Positions 38,964 through 48,743 of a stretch of 64,000 nucleotides of DNA are shown one piece after another (the stretch's first letter is position 1; each line of letters starts with the position of its first letter). The translations under genes were made by a program, and so were the position numbers. The notes beneath the pieces were generated by a model. The model was not told where the DNA came from and searched no databases. It was given only the letters and a program-made list of their open reading frames with translations. The DNA comes from Thermoplasmata archaeon. GTDB taxonomy: Archaea; Thermoplasmatota; Thermoplasmata; Sysuiplasmatales; Sysuiplasmataceae. Location of the stretch: NCBI GenBank assembly GCA_021817225.1, contig JAKAVR010000001.1:72002-136001 (forward strand), given 5' to 3'.

Positions 38964-39515
38964 ATGGTAGACGCGGCGCTTCATATGTTTGTGGATACCG
39001 AGACGACTGGTCTCGGGCATATAGGTAAACCTCCCAGGACAGACGGAATTGTGCAGATAGCATTTGCATGGCGGGATTCGGGTAGGAAGGTGAAGAAACA
39101 ATCTTGGCTCTGTAATCCTGGAAAGATAATGCTGGCGGACAACAGGGCTTTGGAGGCATTTTCAAAGAGTAATCTGAAAATGAAGGATATCCAGTCAGCC
39201 CCGGCAGCCAGGGAGGTGGCGGCTGAAGTCCGTCACTTCCTGAAGGAAAACGTCGACTCGCGAGTCGTCTTCCATGCCTACAACCAGGCATTTGATCAGC
39301 CCTTCCTGGAGGCAAGTCCTTGGAGACTGAAATTGAATTGGGGCGACGATGTCATGATTACGGCGTCGAGGTATCTTGGCTACACCTACGACTGCCTGGC
39401 GCTGGAGAAGGCCATAACCAGATTGGGGTTGGATAGACGTGTAAATGGACCGCGGCACAGAGCGGACAGCGATGCTTATGCGGCCCTTCTTGTTTGGGAA
39501 GAAATAAACAAATGA
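38964..39515 (+). CDS. DEDD-family 3'-5' exonuclease (DnaQ-like)
   Basis: Exo I 'FVDTETTGL', then 'HAYNQAFDQPFL' and C-terminal 'HRADSDAYA'. Confidence 0.7.
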   Translation: MVDAALHMFVDTETTGLGHIGKPPRTDGIVQIAFAWRDSGRKVKKQSWLCNPGKIMLADNRALEAFSKSNLKMKDIQSAPAAREVAAEVRHFLKENVDSRVVFHAYNQAFDQPFLEASPWRLKLNWGDDVMITASRYLGYTYDCLALEKAITRLGLDRRVNGPRHRADSDAYAALLVWEEINK

Positions 39516-40510
39516 TTGTAGATATCCCTCTTCATGTCGCACTTCCAGATAAGCTGCGCCGACTGTGGCTGTTTCCCCAAAGAGTGCAGGAAAAGCGCTT
39601 CAACTGAAACTTGTCCCAACTGCAGGCTTGCCGTCTGCTGTTGCTGGCCCGTTACCTGAATCATTCCGGTTAACCTTTTGGTGCAAGGCTCATAAGGCCC
39701 TCAACAGGATAGCACACCGCCACACATGGCGGCGGTGCCGAATGGTGTGCCCGGCATGAATGGAGGTCAGAAGGTGAAAGTCCTTTACGGGGTTGCAGCA
39801 GCGACCGTTAGCCGAACGACAAGGGTGTCAGCCGCGAGGCTGAATCCGAAGGAAGTCGCAGGCAAAGTCCCGGCCCGACGAACAGAAACCGTATATGAGG
39901 CGGAGAACAGACAGGGTGAGTTCGCCATCCAGAACAAAACACAATCGCCGCAAGTGTCTGTTTGCGTATATGCGGCGGGTATATGGGATGAAGGCATCCG
40001 TTCTTACCCGGGGAGATCTGGCATCATGCGGCAGCATGTGAAACGGACCGGAGTTTCGTCCGTACAAGCATGTTGCGGTAAACAGTGCAGCAATGCACTG
40101 CCGAGATGCCAGAAGTCAGCAGAAGCCATAGTACATGCGGGAGCATGGAAGGGCAGAAGGTCAGTAATGGAGTGACAACGTTGAGTTCGAGTTCAGGGCA
40201 GAGAAGACAGAAAACCTCGAATGAGGGCCGCCATGCGGGAGGAACGGTGAAACCGCTCGAACTGCATGGGGCGTCCAGTCCTGAGACGGCACGAGACGCA
40301 GTGTCAACCAGAGCAGACAGCATCTGCTTCAAAACTGACTAACCGCTGTATGCCGGACGGTACGTACAGTGGTGTGGGAGGTCGGGAGTTAATCACTCCC
40401 TCCTGCCCGATATATTCGGCCAATAACATCTGTTTTCAACAGACCGACCTGTTACTCTGCATTTCCACTTCCGGGCAATAATATATATCGGCGCAACGAT
40501 CCGAATTGAT

Positions 40511-40990
40511 ATGGTATCGGGCACCCATGTTTCCCCTCGTCCGGAAACCGCAGTGCTTTACTCGACGACCGTTGCCCAACTTGCACTGCTCATCATTCAA
40601 CTCGTTCTGGGATTTTGGCTTGCGTTATTTGCCGTCTTTCCTCCATACCGCCAGACCGCCCCATTTTCCATGTGGTACATGATGAACTCCATGTTCGGAA
40701 TTCCAGCCCTGGCGCTGCACATGTGGCTTGGAATGGTGATAACATTAGTTTCTGTGATGATCCTGATAGTGTCGTTGCTCTCGGGGCGAACCAGCTACAT
40801 TGTGATGAGCGTCGTTGCGATGGCAGCGATCCTCTTTGCAGGGACAGGTGGCATGGGCTTCGTCTGGTCAGGTTTCGGAAATGATGCGTTTTCCTTTATC
40901 ATGGCAATCGGGGCACTGGCAGCAGTTGTTGCATACTCTATACAGTTCGGAAGCATCTCGGCGAGTGCGGGAAAGAAGGCAATACCGTGA
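40511..40990 (+). CDS. hypothetical membrane protein
   Basis: 159 aa with 4-5 TM helices. Confidence 0.4.
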   Translation: MVSGTHVSPRPETAVLYSTTVAQLALLIIQLVLGFWLALFAVFPPYRQTAPFSMWYMMNSMFGIPALALHMWLGMVITLVSVMILIVSLLSGRTSYIVMSVVAMAAILFAGTGGMGFVWSGFGNDAFSFIMAIGALAAVVAYSIQFGSISASAGKKAIP

Positions 40991-41259
40991 TATCCTTCCG
41001 GTTAATCTTCGGAACACAAAAGTTAACTTTTCACTAGTTCCGGCTGGCATTTCCGCCCGTTTTCCTTGCGGCGATCCTGGGAAAAAGTTAATCATTCCGA
41101 AAAAGTGTTAACATGCAGCTGAGGCAGGCGGAGCAGATGTCACACACGAAACTGTGCAGGTGCGGAAGGCCTGTTGACGGCATCGGAGCATGCCCGATGT
41201 GTGCGCGTCCTCCCTCATTCTGCAAATGTGAGCATGTCGGGCCGCCGCCGAGGGGTTGA

Positions 41260-41826
41260 TTGTCGATGGACAGGCTGGCATTGTATTCCCGGAACGCGCT
41301 CAGGCTCAAGGAATATGACAAGCTGCCCCCGCATATCACCAGGGTACAGTATCTCGATATGCTCGATGCAGTTGAAAGGAAACACTCAGCTGCCGGACAA
41401 TGGGCGAAGAAGGCGCGATATTACAGGGACAGGGACAAACTGCTCCTGCGCCTGATGCGGGAGGCTGGAGGCAGGATTGGCGACATACTCAACATCGCAC
41501 CGGTCGATTTCGATTTTGACAGGAAGATTCTCAACCTGAAGGTCAGGAAGAGGAGGGATGTCAACTCGATTCTGCTCGGGGACGGCATTCTCCTTGATGT
41601 GAGCAACTACCTCAGAAATTACAATCCAGGAGCCAAGCTCTGCGATTTCTCGAAGGTTCAAGGGCGGAAGATTGTGAGGCAATACGGCAGGCTGACGGGC
41701 ATCGACGTGCATCCACACATGTTCAGGCATGGTCTGGCAATACACCTGCCCGAGAACAACGTGCCGATACCGATAATCTCAGCGAGACTCGGCCACTCGA
41801 GCGTGTTGACGACGATAAGATACTAA
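41260..41826 (+). CDS. short tyrosine recombinase (catalytic domain only; possibly truncated)
   Basis: 188 aa. 'MFRHGLAIHL ... ARLGHSSVLTTIRY' is the R/H-x-x-R ... Y C-terminal box. Confidence 0.6.
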   Translation: MSMDRLALYSRNALRLKEYDKLPPHITRVQYLDMLDAVERKHSAAGQWAKKARYYRDRDKLLLRLMREAGGRIGDILNIAPVDFDFDRKILNLKVRKRRDVNSILLGDGILLDVSNYLRNYNPGAKLCDFSKVQGRKIVRQYGRLTGIDVHPHMFRHGLAIHLPENNVPIPIISARLGHSSVLTTIRY

Positions 41827-41903
41827 CTTGTGATCACTCCAGAAGTGCAGAGGCAATTCATTGCGGGCAAACTATAACATGGAGACGAGGTGAGAAGGAA
41901 CAA

Positions 41904-42245
41904 ATGATAGACTGGGTCGCGGTGTCGATTTCAATAATAGCGGTAGGATTCACGATTCTTATCTGGCTGGAAAGTAGAAAACAAAGTCAGCTGCTTCAGG
42001 TCATGTTGAAGGGCTTACCATACGTGCAGAGAACAAGAAGAAAGAAACCAGATCAAGCCAAGGCAACACACCCAGCCAGTTCGATGCCCAAAATGTCAAC
42101 AAGCGCGGCCGAAGAAAGACGAAGGCTAAAGTTGGAGCTTGAAAAGGAGAAACTCCAATGGCAGAAAAACAAGGACATCGCCAAAGGAATCGCGTGGTTC
42201 ATCGATCGACTTGGAGAGTCCGATGAGGAGTATGAAGATGAATAG
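41904..42245 (+). CDS. hypothetical small protein (N-terminal TM, K/E-rich coiled coil)
   Basis: 113 aa next to the recombinase. Confidence 0.3.
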   Translation: MIDWVAVSISIIAVGFTILIWLESRKQSQLLQVMLKGLPYVQRTRRKKPDQAKATHPASSMPKMSTSAAEERRRLKLELEKEKLQWQKNKDIAKGIAWFIDRLGESDEEYEDE

Positions 42246-42744
42246 AGGTTCTGGGCGGTAAACAAGTGACATGAAATACCCCAAGTGAAACTGGAGCCTG
42301 ATATGGGTACGAAGGGTCCCTGTCACACACGGATTTGTTTGCGGGGCCGTCAGAATGAAGGAAGAAGACCAAAGAATTAGAGGAATGAGTTGTGAGACCG
42401 CCTCTGCGCAAACTGGACTGAATTGAGGGATGCTGCTGCACGGAATAATCGTAAAGATTCATAGTGTGTAATGGGGGGAATGGCTGATTCCTTCCGCAGG
42501 CGGCTTTCTCGCTTCAGTATTGGAATCACAGGAGAGTTCCCCGTAAGGGGAAAGGCAGTTACTTTCTCGAGTCGAGCGGCAGGAGAGTCAAGAACTGTTT
42601 TAAGACGGAGAAGATTGACCGAGTCTGCATTCAAGGGGGCGAACGTCCATTGGCGTTCTGAAAAACAGAAACTTTCTCCGGCTGTATCTGGCATCTGCCA
42701 CCTCTGCCGGTGGCGCCTCGATAGCACTCGTTTCGATTTCATGG

Positions 42745-43869
42745 GTGGTCTATAACTCAACCAGGAGTGCCATTGCAGTCACTTATGTCGGCCTCGCTGG
42801 CATTGTACCCGGCCTGGCGCTCGGTCTCGTTGCAGGTGTTCTCGCGGACCGTTACAACAGGCGGCGGACGATGATTGTCTCCGATGTCTCAAGGGCGCTA
42901 ATAATGGCTTTCCTCGCAGGTTTCCTGTATCTCCGCGGATTCAATCTTCTGCTCATACTGGGTGTGTTTGTAATTGTGAACAGCTTCACAGCCATCTTCT
43001 TTCCTGCCAGCTCTGCTATGCTGCCGAAGCTAGTCCAGAAGAGCGAACTGACACAGGCCAACGGCTTTCTTCAGGGCACGACACAGGGGGCGCAGATGAT
43101 CGGGTCTGCCGCAGGTGGGGCGGCGATTGCCTTTGTTGGTGTTGTTCCAGGTCTGGCTGTCAACGCAATCACTTACGTAATCTCTGCGGTGCTGCTGCTC
43201 CAGATAGCCTCGACATTTGGCCGGACAGGTGGCGCCGATGTCAAGGGTGCGGCCCGCCCTCCATTTCGAACGGAAATTGTAGAGGGCCTTTCCTACATGA
43301 GGGCCAATCTGCCGATAATGGAAGTGACTCTTGGTTTCCTGCCGGGAAATCTCCTCTGGGTGATGGTCACTAATTTCACCGTTGTCTATGTCGCATCATA
43401 TTTTCCCGGTTCCCCGGCAGCCTACGGATATCTTGTTGCCGGACTTGGCGGCGGTTTTGCACTTGGCGCCTTCCTTGCCACAAGGCTGCACCTGAGCAGG
43501 CATTCTGGCATTGCAATGGCTTCCATGGTCGTGATGGAGGGAGCGGCTGCGCTTGGGCTGAGTGTTTCCCACTCATACGCTCTCTCCCTTGGGCTGTCCG
43601 CATCCCTTGGTGCGGAAGCAGGGGTAATCAACGCGGTCTATTATTCAACGATGCAGGCCATAGTTCCCGACAACGTCCTGAACCGCGTGCTGAGCGTGGA
43701 CCAGGTAGGCAGCTTTGCGGGCATACCTGCCGGTTTGCTCATTGGAGGTGTGCTGGCAGGCAAGTTCGGAATCGGTCTCGACTACGCTGTCGCAGGACTT
43801 GGACTGCTTGCCAATGGCGCTTTGATGCTTTCTCTCCGCGACCTCCGCTCCCTCCGCTACACCGGTTGA
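42745..43869 (+). CDS. MFS transporter
   Basis: 374 aa, ~12 TM, 'GVLADRYNRRRTM' MFS loop motif. Confidence 0.75.
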   Translation: MVYNSTRSAIAVTYVGLAGIVPGLALGLVAGVLADRYNRRRTMIVSDVSRALIMAFLAGFLYLRGFNLLLILGVFVIVNSFTAIFFPASSAMLPKLVQKSELTQANGFLQGTTQGAQMIGSAAGGAAIAFVGVVPGLAVNAITYVISAVLLLQIASTFGRTGGADVKGAARPPFRTEIVEGLSYMRANLPIMEVTLGFLPGNLLWVMVTNFTVVYVASYFPGSPAAYGYLVAGLGGGFALGAFLATRLHLSRHSGIAMASMVVMEGAAALGLSVSHSYALSLGLSASLGAEAGVINAVYYSTMQAIVPDNVLNRVLSVDQVGSFAGIPAGLLIGGVLAGKFGIGLDYAVAGLGLLANGALMLSLRDLRSLRYTG

Positions 43870-44750
43870 GGATCGGCTTCAAGCAGATTCGGATTGAGTC
43901 GGAAGCCATGCTCCAGGCAGGCTGCATTGAAGCGGCGCAGAGTACGAATCTGCATAAGCAACCGGCACAATTGCGGTCCGTGAACCAGCAGGACTCCGGT
44001 TCCCGGAAAGGGATTTCTGTGCGAAGAATAACGGAGTTGCCAGAACTTGAAAGTCTTCAGATCGAAGGCATATCCTTCTTCGATCCTTTCCTTAAGCAGT
44101 TTGCGCTGGAAACAATGCTTTCCGGCGGGGAAGTTCACGTCGCTCAATTTGGTGACGGCAATATAGGCGGAATGCTGCTCTACGACGATATTGAAAAGGC
44201 AGGCAGCATTTTCACAAGATCCGGGGAAACGCTCGAGGCGCTCTTCAAGCTCAAGGAAAAAATGGTATTTTTCTCCGAGCTTCAGCTTGAACTCAGAAAG
44301 GAGGACTATCTCATATACACCATAGACATGACCGGCTACTCCTTTTCCCACCGCTTCAATCATGAAGTCAGCGTCGCAGGCGAGGATGACCTGGCTGAAA
44401 TTCTCGGTCTGATGACTTCTTCATACTCCAGGATCAACACACGCTGGATCAAGATTGCAATTGCTGCCGGTGAAAAGTGTTTCATTGTCCGGACCCATCA
44501 TGGAATAGAGGGAGTCGCATGGCTGTCGGTGGTTGGAGGGAAGGGCAGACTCCACTCGCTGGTTGTCTCTCCCCAGTTCAGGAAGCAGGGAGTCGGGACT
44601 GACCTGCTGTTTGCGAGGCTGCTGTGGCTCAGGACCATAGGCGGAAGGTTTGCATTTTCCGAGATCGCAGAATCAAACAGGCACTCCCGGGCGATTGCCC
44701 TCAGCGGCGGGATGCGAGAGTCCGGAGTCATGTATCAGTACCGCAGCTGA
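43866..44750 (+). CDS. GNAT-family acetyltransferase domain protein
   Basis: C-terminal 'LHSLVVSPQFRKQGVGTDLL' motif A. 4-nt overlap with the MFS gene. Confidence 0.45.
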   Translation: MRIGFKQIRIESEAMLQAGCIEAAQSTNLHKQPAQLRSVNQQDSGSRKGISVRRITELPELESLQIEGISFFDPFLKQFALETMLSGGEVHVAQFGDGNIGGMLLYDDIEKAGSIFTRSGETLEALFKLKEKMVFFSELQLELRKEDYLIYTIDMTGYSFSHRFNHEVSVAGEDDLAEILGLMTSSYSRINTRWIKIAIAAGEKCFIVRTHHGIEGVAWLSVVGGKGRLHSLVVSPQFRKQGVGTDLLFARLLWLRTIGGRFAFSEIAESNRHSRAIALSGGMRESGVMYQYRS

Positions 44751-44789
44751 CTCCCCGTCCCTTTCATGGGTTCATGGAGAACTCCGAAA

Positions 44790-45857
44790 TCAGCTTCTCG
44801 GGGCACCGCACACCGGACATCTGAGGGCCGTCGAGTCAATGAGCGTACCGCAAAACTGGCATTTTACCTTAACCACTTCCTTGACAACAATCTGCTGCAC
44901 CGGCGGCTGCTCCGGGGTGAAGCTTATCGGCGGCGGTCCCGGAGGCTGCTGCGGGGGTGCACCCTGCTGCGGCGGCACGGGCGCATAACCGTACCCAACT
45001 TTCCCCCCGCCAGGGTGCTGAGGCAGCTTTGCCCTCCTTCTTCTGGAGAGCGAACGCAAGACAAGCGCAGTAATAACCAGCATGACAATGATCACCAGGA
45101 CGGCAATGACCAGTATGTCGTTCAGGTTCAGGGATGGAGGCTGGGATGGTGCCTGGCCTGGCGTCAGGCTGTAGGTTGTGTGTGTCACATACAGAATCTC
45201 TGTGTAGGTGAATCCGTCACCGAAACTGTTAGCGTCGTGCTCGGTGTAAACGTAGCCGACAATATAACCGGTCGATGTGTCAAAATATGCCTTCCAGTTG
45301 TATGTCGCTGTGAAGCTTCCGTAGACGTCATTTCTCAGGTAGGATCCGTTCCCCTCGGAGAATATCGTCTTCACATACGATCCGGTGGAGGGGAGTTTGT
45401 AGCTGTAGCCTGTTGAGACAACTTTCATCTGAGTGTTCAGCAGGTAGAACTGACTTCCCTGGGCGAGAGAGTTGTTCATGTAAAACCAGACATATGGATT
45501 TGAGTAACCAGTCTGGCTGTCTGTCCCGTTCACGTATCTGTATGTCTCGTAAGAGAAGGTGAAATTGCCTGCTGAGCTTCCGCTGCTCGAGCTGCCTGTG
45601 TTGTTGCTGAATGTCCAGAAATACTGATAGAACGAGGATGCAACATTTCCCGGGAGAAGGGATGTTATGTGCTCCGTGCCGTTGACGTACTGCTGCTCTG
45701 TATACCCCGTGTAGTTGCCCTGTCCGCCGTTGACCGTTATCGTCTCGTAGTAGTTGAAGTAGTCACCAGACTTCGGCGTGTAGTGTGCCGTCGCAGCCGA
45801 CGGCATGAGCAGCACTGAAACAAGCGCTAATGCAATCAGACCCTTCCACAAAATCAT
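44790..45857 (-). CDS. type-I membrane protein: N-glycosylated Y/S/T-rich ectodomain, TM, PQ-rich linker, C-terminal Zn ribbon
   Basis: Signal/TM 'LIALALVSVLLMPSAATA', many N-x-S/T sequons, TM 'ILVIAVLVIIVMLVITALVL', and a C-terminal 'CQFCGTLIDSTALRCPVCG'. Confidence 0.5.
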   Translation of the reverse strand: MILWKGLIALALVSVLLMPSAATAHYTPKSGDYFNYYETITVNGGQGNYTGYTEQQYVNGTEHITSLLPGNVASSFYQYFWTFSNNTGSSSSGSSAGNFTFSYETYRYVNGTDSQTGYSNPYVWFYMNNSLAQGSQFYLLNTQMKVVSTGYSYKLPSTGSYVKTIFSEGNGSYLRNDVYGSFTATYNWKAYFDTSTGYIVGYVYTEHDANSFGDGFTYTEILYVTHTTYSLTPGQAPSQPPSLNLNDILVIAVLVIIVMLVITALVLRSLSRRRRAKLPQHPGGGKVGYGYAPVPPQQGAPPQQPPGPPPISFTPEQPPVQQIVVKEVVKVKCQFCGTLIDSTALRCPVCGAPRS

Positions 45858-47386
45858 CCGTAAAACCCTCCAAGGGCATGTATGTGTCCGGGGTGGGCCC
45901 CGCCGATGCCGCTGAAGGTCGAGTAATACGAGGAATGCACTATGATCATGGGCATGAACAGAGGCACGAACGGGCGTGAGGCCGCATATGTGAACTGGAC
46001 GGGCGTCTCCGCGATGCGTGCGGTGCTGTCCAGGTCCCTGACAAGCTCATTCTTTATTCCGTGAATCATCCTGACTGCAAGCGCAATCAGTTCCGACTGC
46101 TCAAGTCCCCCGGCCTTTGAACCTATGATTGAATATGTCTTCTCAAGCAGGTTGAGCGTCTCGTTCGCCTCCATGACAGGGATGGAAGTGAGTATCGCTG
46201 CCGCAACGAGCGGGTATTCCAGATAGTGCTTGATCCCTTCCGTTATTATCGCAAGCTTGCTCTGAAAACCATCGGCCGGTAGATCGGATGCTGCCAGGTA
46301 TGCCGACGAAAGCTCCGTATCCTCGGACACTTCAAAGCCCCATGAATTGAAAAGGGTTTTCGTCGACATGAATTTCCTCTTTATATCATCCGGGGGGCTG
46401 TTGATTATCGACATCAGGGCCGCGGATTCGTATGAATTTGTGAGCTGTCTGAAATCACGGAACGAGTCAAGCGGGAATGTGCCGTCATACCTCTTCCCGA
46501 AGAAGAGAATGGAACTGACACCCGCAGAGATCTCCTTGGGAACATCAAGGTGATGCCTGACCTGGTGGTCAAGGTCGAACAGCTCAGGGATTGTGCTGTT
46601 GAGGTCTGCGCCTGAACATGCGAGCACCTCGGCAGCGGTCATCCTGTTTTCCATGTTGTGAGATATCTTCTCAATCCCCTGAAACGCCTGAAAGAACCTG
46701 TTGTCAAGGTCCCCCGGGTTCCCCTGAATCTTGGCGAGGCCGATTGAAGTGCTCCATCTTTCCGATATATCGGCCTCTCCCAGTATCTGGGCAAGATAAC
46801 GGAAATGGTTCACCCCCCTGACGGCTATTCCGTCAAGCTCGCCGAGAGTCTGGTTCAGCTGCTGCACGTATGCGGTGAAGTCGGTATCCGATACCCTGTA
46901 CATCCTTATTCCAAGGTCTTTCATCGAAAGGAGACCGGTCTCGGTCAGCGCCACATATCCATCCGAGTAGGAGACGAGCTTGTCCAGCAGCGTCTTCTTG
47001 CCTATGAAAGAGGCAAGCGTTGACTCCTTGCCTGATATGTCTGCACCAAGCTTACCAAGCGTTTCCCTCTCCTGCTGTGCCTTCTGCATTTCAGCCTGTT
47101 CCTGCTCCCTGGTGTGCGCGATTCGGAAGAATATGGACTGGACTTTCTTGAAATCAGGCTCGAATTCCCTTGACTCCTGCTCCTCGGCCGTTTTCTGCTG
47201 GGCAATATCTCTTGTGAGCTGCTCCATCTGTCCAACATCGGCCGTCAGCTTGCTGTAGTCGTCTTTTGTGAGGGTCTGTATGTAGCCTGCTGTCTTCAAT
47301 GATTCAATGTCCGCGGGTGCCACATTGACAGTTATCGTTCTAGCTGCAATCTGGTTGAAAAAATAATACACTTCAGAGCACTTCAT
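45854..47386 (-). CDS. hypothetical protein (510 aa)
   Basis: Clean ORF with a 4-nt overlap at both ends, so it sits in an operon. No motif assignable. Confidence 0.5.
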   Translation of the reverse strand: MKCSEVYYFFNQIAARTITVNVAPADIESLKTAGYIQTLTKDDYSKLTADVGQMEQLTRDIAQQKTAEEQESREFEPDFKKVQSIFFRIAHTREQEQAEMQKAQQERETLGKLGADISGKESTLASFIGKKTLLDKLVSYSDGYVALTETGLLSMKDLGIRMYRVSDTDFTAYVQQLNQTLGELDGIAVRGVNHFRYLAQILGEADISERWSTSIGLAKIQGNPGDLDNRFFQAFQGIEKISHNMENRMTAAEVLACSGADLNSTIPELFDLDHQVRHHLDVPKEISAGVSSILFFGKRYDGTFPLDSFRDFRQLTNSYESAALMSIINSPPDDIKRKFMSTKTLFNSWGFEVSEDTELSSAYLAASDLPADGFQSKLAIITEGIKHYLEYPLVAAAILTSIPVMEANETLNLLEKTYSIIGSKAGGLEQSELIALAVRMIHGIKNELVRDLDSTARIAETPVQFTYAASRPFVPLFMPMIIVHSSYYSTFSGIGGAHPGHIHALGGFYG

Positions 47387-48558
47387 TCATTTTCCCAGTC
47401 AACGATCGGAAACGACTTATAAAGACTTTCTTCGTTTAATTTATTCCTGATATTCAATATTAGGGAGTTGCTGCTTTCAGACACATCTATGAATGGATCG
47501 CTCCTGAGGGCTTCGGCCACAAGAGTTCCAAACTGTATCTTCCTGTCGTTTCCGCCACCGAAACGTGCCGCCCGCTCCCGCTCTATCTGCTCGTATGCAA
47601 ACATGAATTCATACAGGGAACGGTGCAGCTGCTCCTCTATCTTGTCCGCGACTCTTTCCCTTTCCACATTCCTTTCTTCTATTCCTTCAAGGTCAACAAA
47701 GTAGACTGTGCCGTCGGGGGATATAACCGCATCCTTGTCAAGCCAGACGTCGTTGAAGTCGAGCCCTTCATATCTCCCGTCGTCCCGCATGGACATTGTT
47801 CTTGGAAACAGTGTGAGGAGTGCTATGCAGCTTCTGATGAAGTTGCATTCGAACAGGTATGCTTTGTCGTTGCTGTCTATGTGGAACATGTCGAATATTC
47901 TCTTCATGTTCCGGCCAATGACGTTCCCAGCATGGAAATAGACTCTTATGTTGGAGGGGACAAGACGCAGCTCCTGGACAATCCTTCCGGTAAACCTCCT
48001 GTACCAGTATATCTTTTTCAGCTGCTTCTCCAGCTCCTCCGGAAGAAATGCTATGCTGACTACAGGCGCGATTCTGAAACCGTTTATCGATGTGATGTTC
48101 GCCATCTCGGAGACCCTCATCGCAGTGGCCGCATGTTCAAGGCCCTGTCCTCCGTAAGGTGAGCCTCTGAGCCACAACTCTCCTGTTATGAAACGGGCGG
48201 GACCCCCGGCCGAGCCTCTGAGTATCTTTTCCCTGAGGTTCATGTCCCGGACCAGCGACGAAACATACTCGCCATTGAGAAGTTGCATGGAGAACGGGTC
48301 GGTTGTGGAACCTATTCCTTTCACAGAGAGATGGAATTCGGTTCCATCGATGGTTGCTACGGGTTCAGGAGAGATGGCTCCCCTGTTGTCGTCCTCCACA
48401 AATTCCCTTTTCCCTTCACTCTCAGCCCTCATCAGTGGAACGACCGACTCGGGCAGGTAGACTGAATTGAACCCCTGAACGGATGAAAAATGCCTGCTTG
48501 TCGAAACGCCATCGGCCGCATACGAGTACAGGTCAAGCCGTGTCCCGAGCATCTCCAT
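47383..48558 (-). CDS. hypothetical protein (391 aa); weak kinase/ATP-grasp-like motifs
   Basis: 'VYFHAGNVIG ... YLFECNF ... VYFVDLEGIE' may correspond to nucleotide-binding catalytic motifs. Unverified. Confidence 0.45.
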   Translation of the reverse strand: MEMLGTRLDLYSYAADGVSTSRHFSSVQGFNSVYLPESVVPLMRAESEGKREFVEDDNRGAISPEPVATIDGTEFHLSVKGIGSTTDPFSMQLLNGEYVSSLVRDMNLREKILRGSAGGPARFITGELWLRGSPYGGQGLEHAATAMRVSEMANITSINGFRIAPVVSIAFLPEELEKQLKKIYWYRRFTGRIVQELRLVPSNIRVYFHAGNVIGRNMKRIFDMFHIDSNDKAYLFECNFIRSCIALLTLFPRTMSMRDDGRYEGLDFNDVWLDKDAVISPDGTVYFVDLEGIEERNVERERVADKIEEQLHRSLYEFMFAYEQIERERAARFGGGNDRKIQFGTLVAEALRSDPFIDVSESSNSLILNIRNKLNEESLYKSFPIVDWENE

Positions 48559-48743
48559 TGCATGTCTCCGCGAATTTCATACAAATAGAGGACATGGGGC
48601 TATTAACTCTTACACAAATTGCGATGTCCCAGAAAGGCTCTCTGTTGCTTCCGACTGACTTTCAGCGTCTGCCGGTCGAAATAGGTCCGGTGCGTTAGTG
48701 CTTCACCCTTGAAATCTTCTGTTTCGAGTGCACATTCGGCCCC

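Noticed and set aside
39700-39900. RNase P RNA call based on CR-I/III/V-like strings
   Set aside because: The motif order and spacing are wrong for a canonical RNase P RNA. CR-I-like and CR-V-like strings are adjacent, and I could not find a P4 partner. I kept it only as a generic ncRNA candidate in the findings.
43857-44363. 168-aa minus-strand ORF
   Set aside because: Antisense to the GNAT-domain gene 43866-44750, which has a recognisable motif A.
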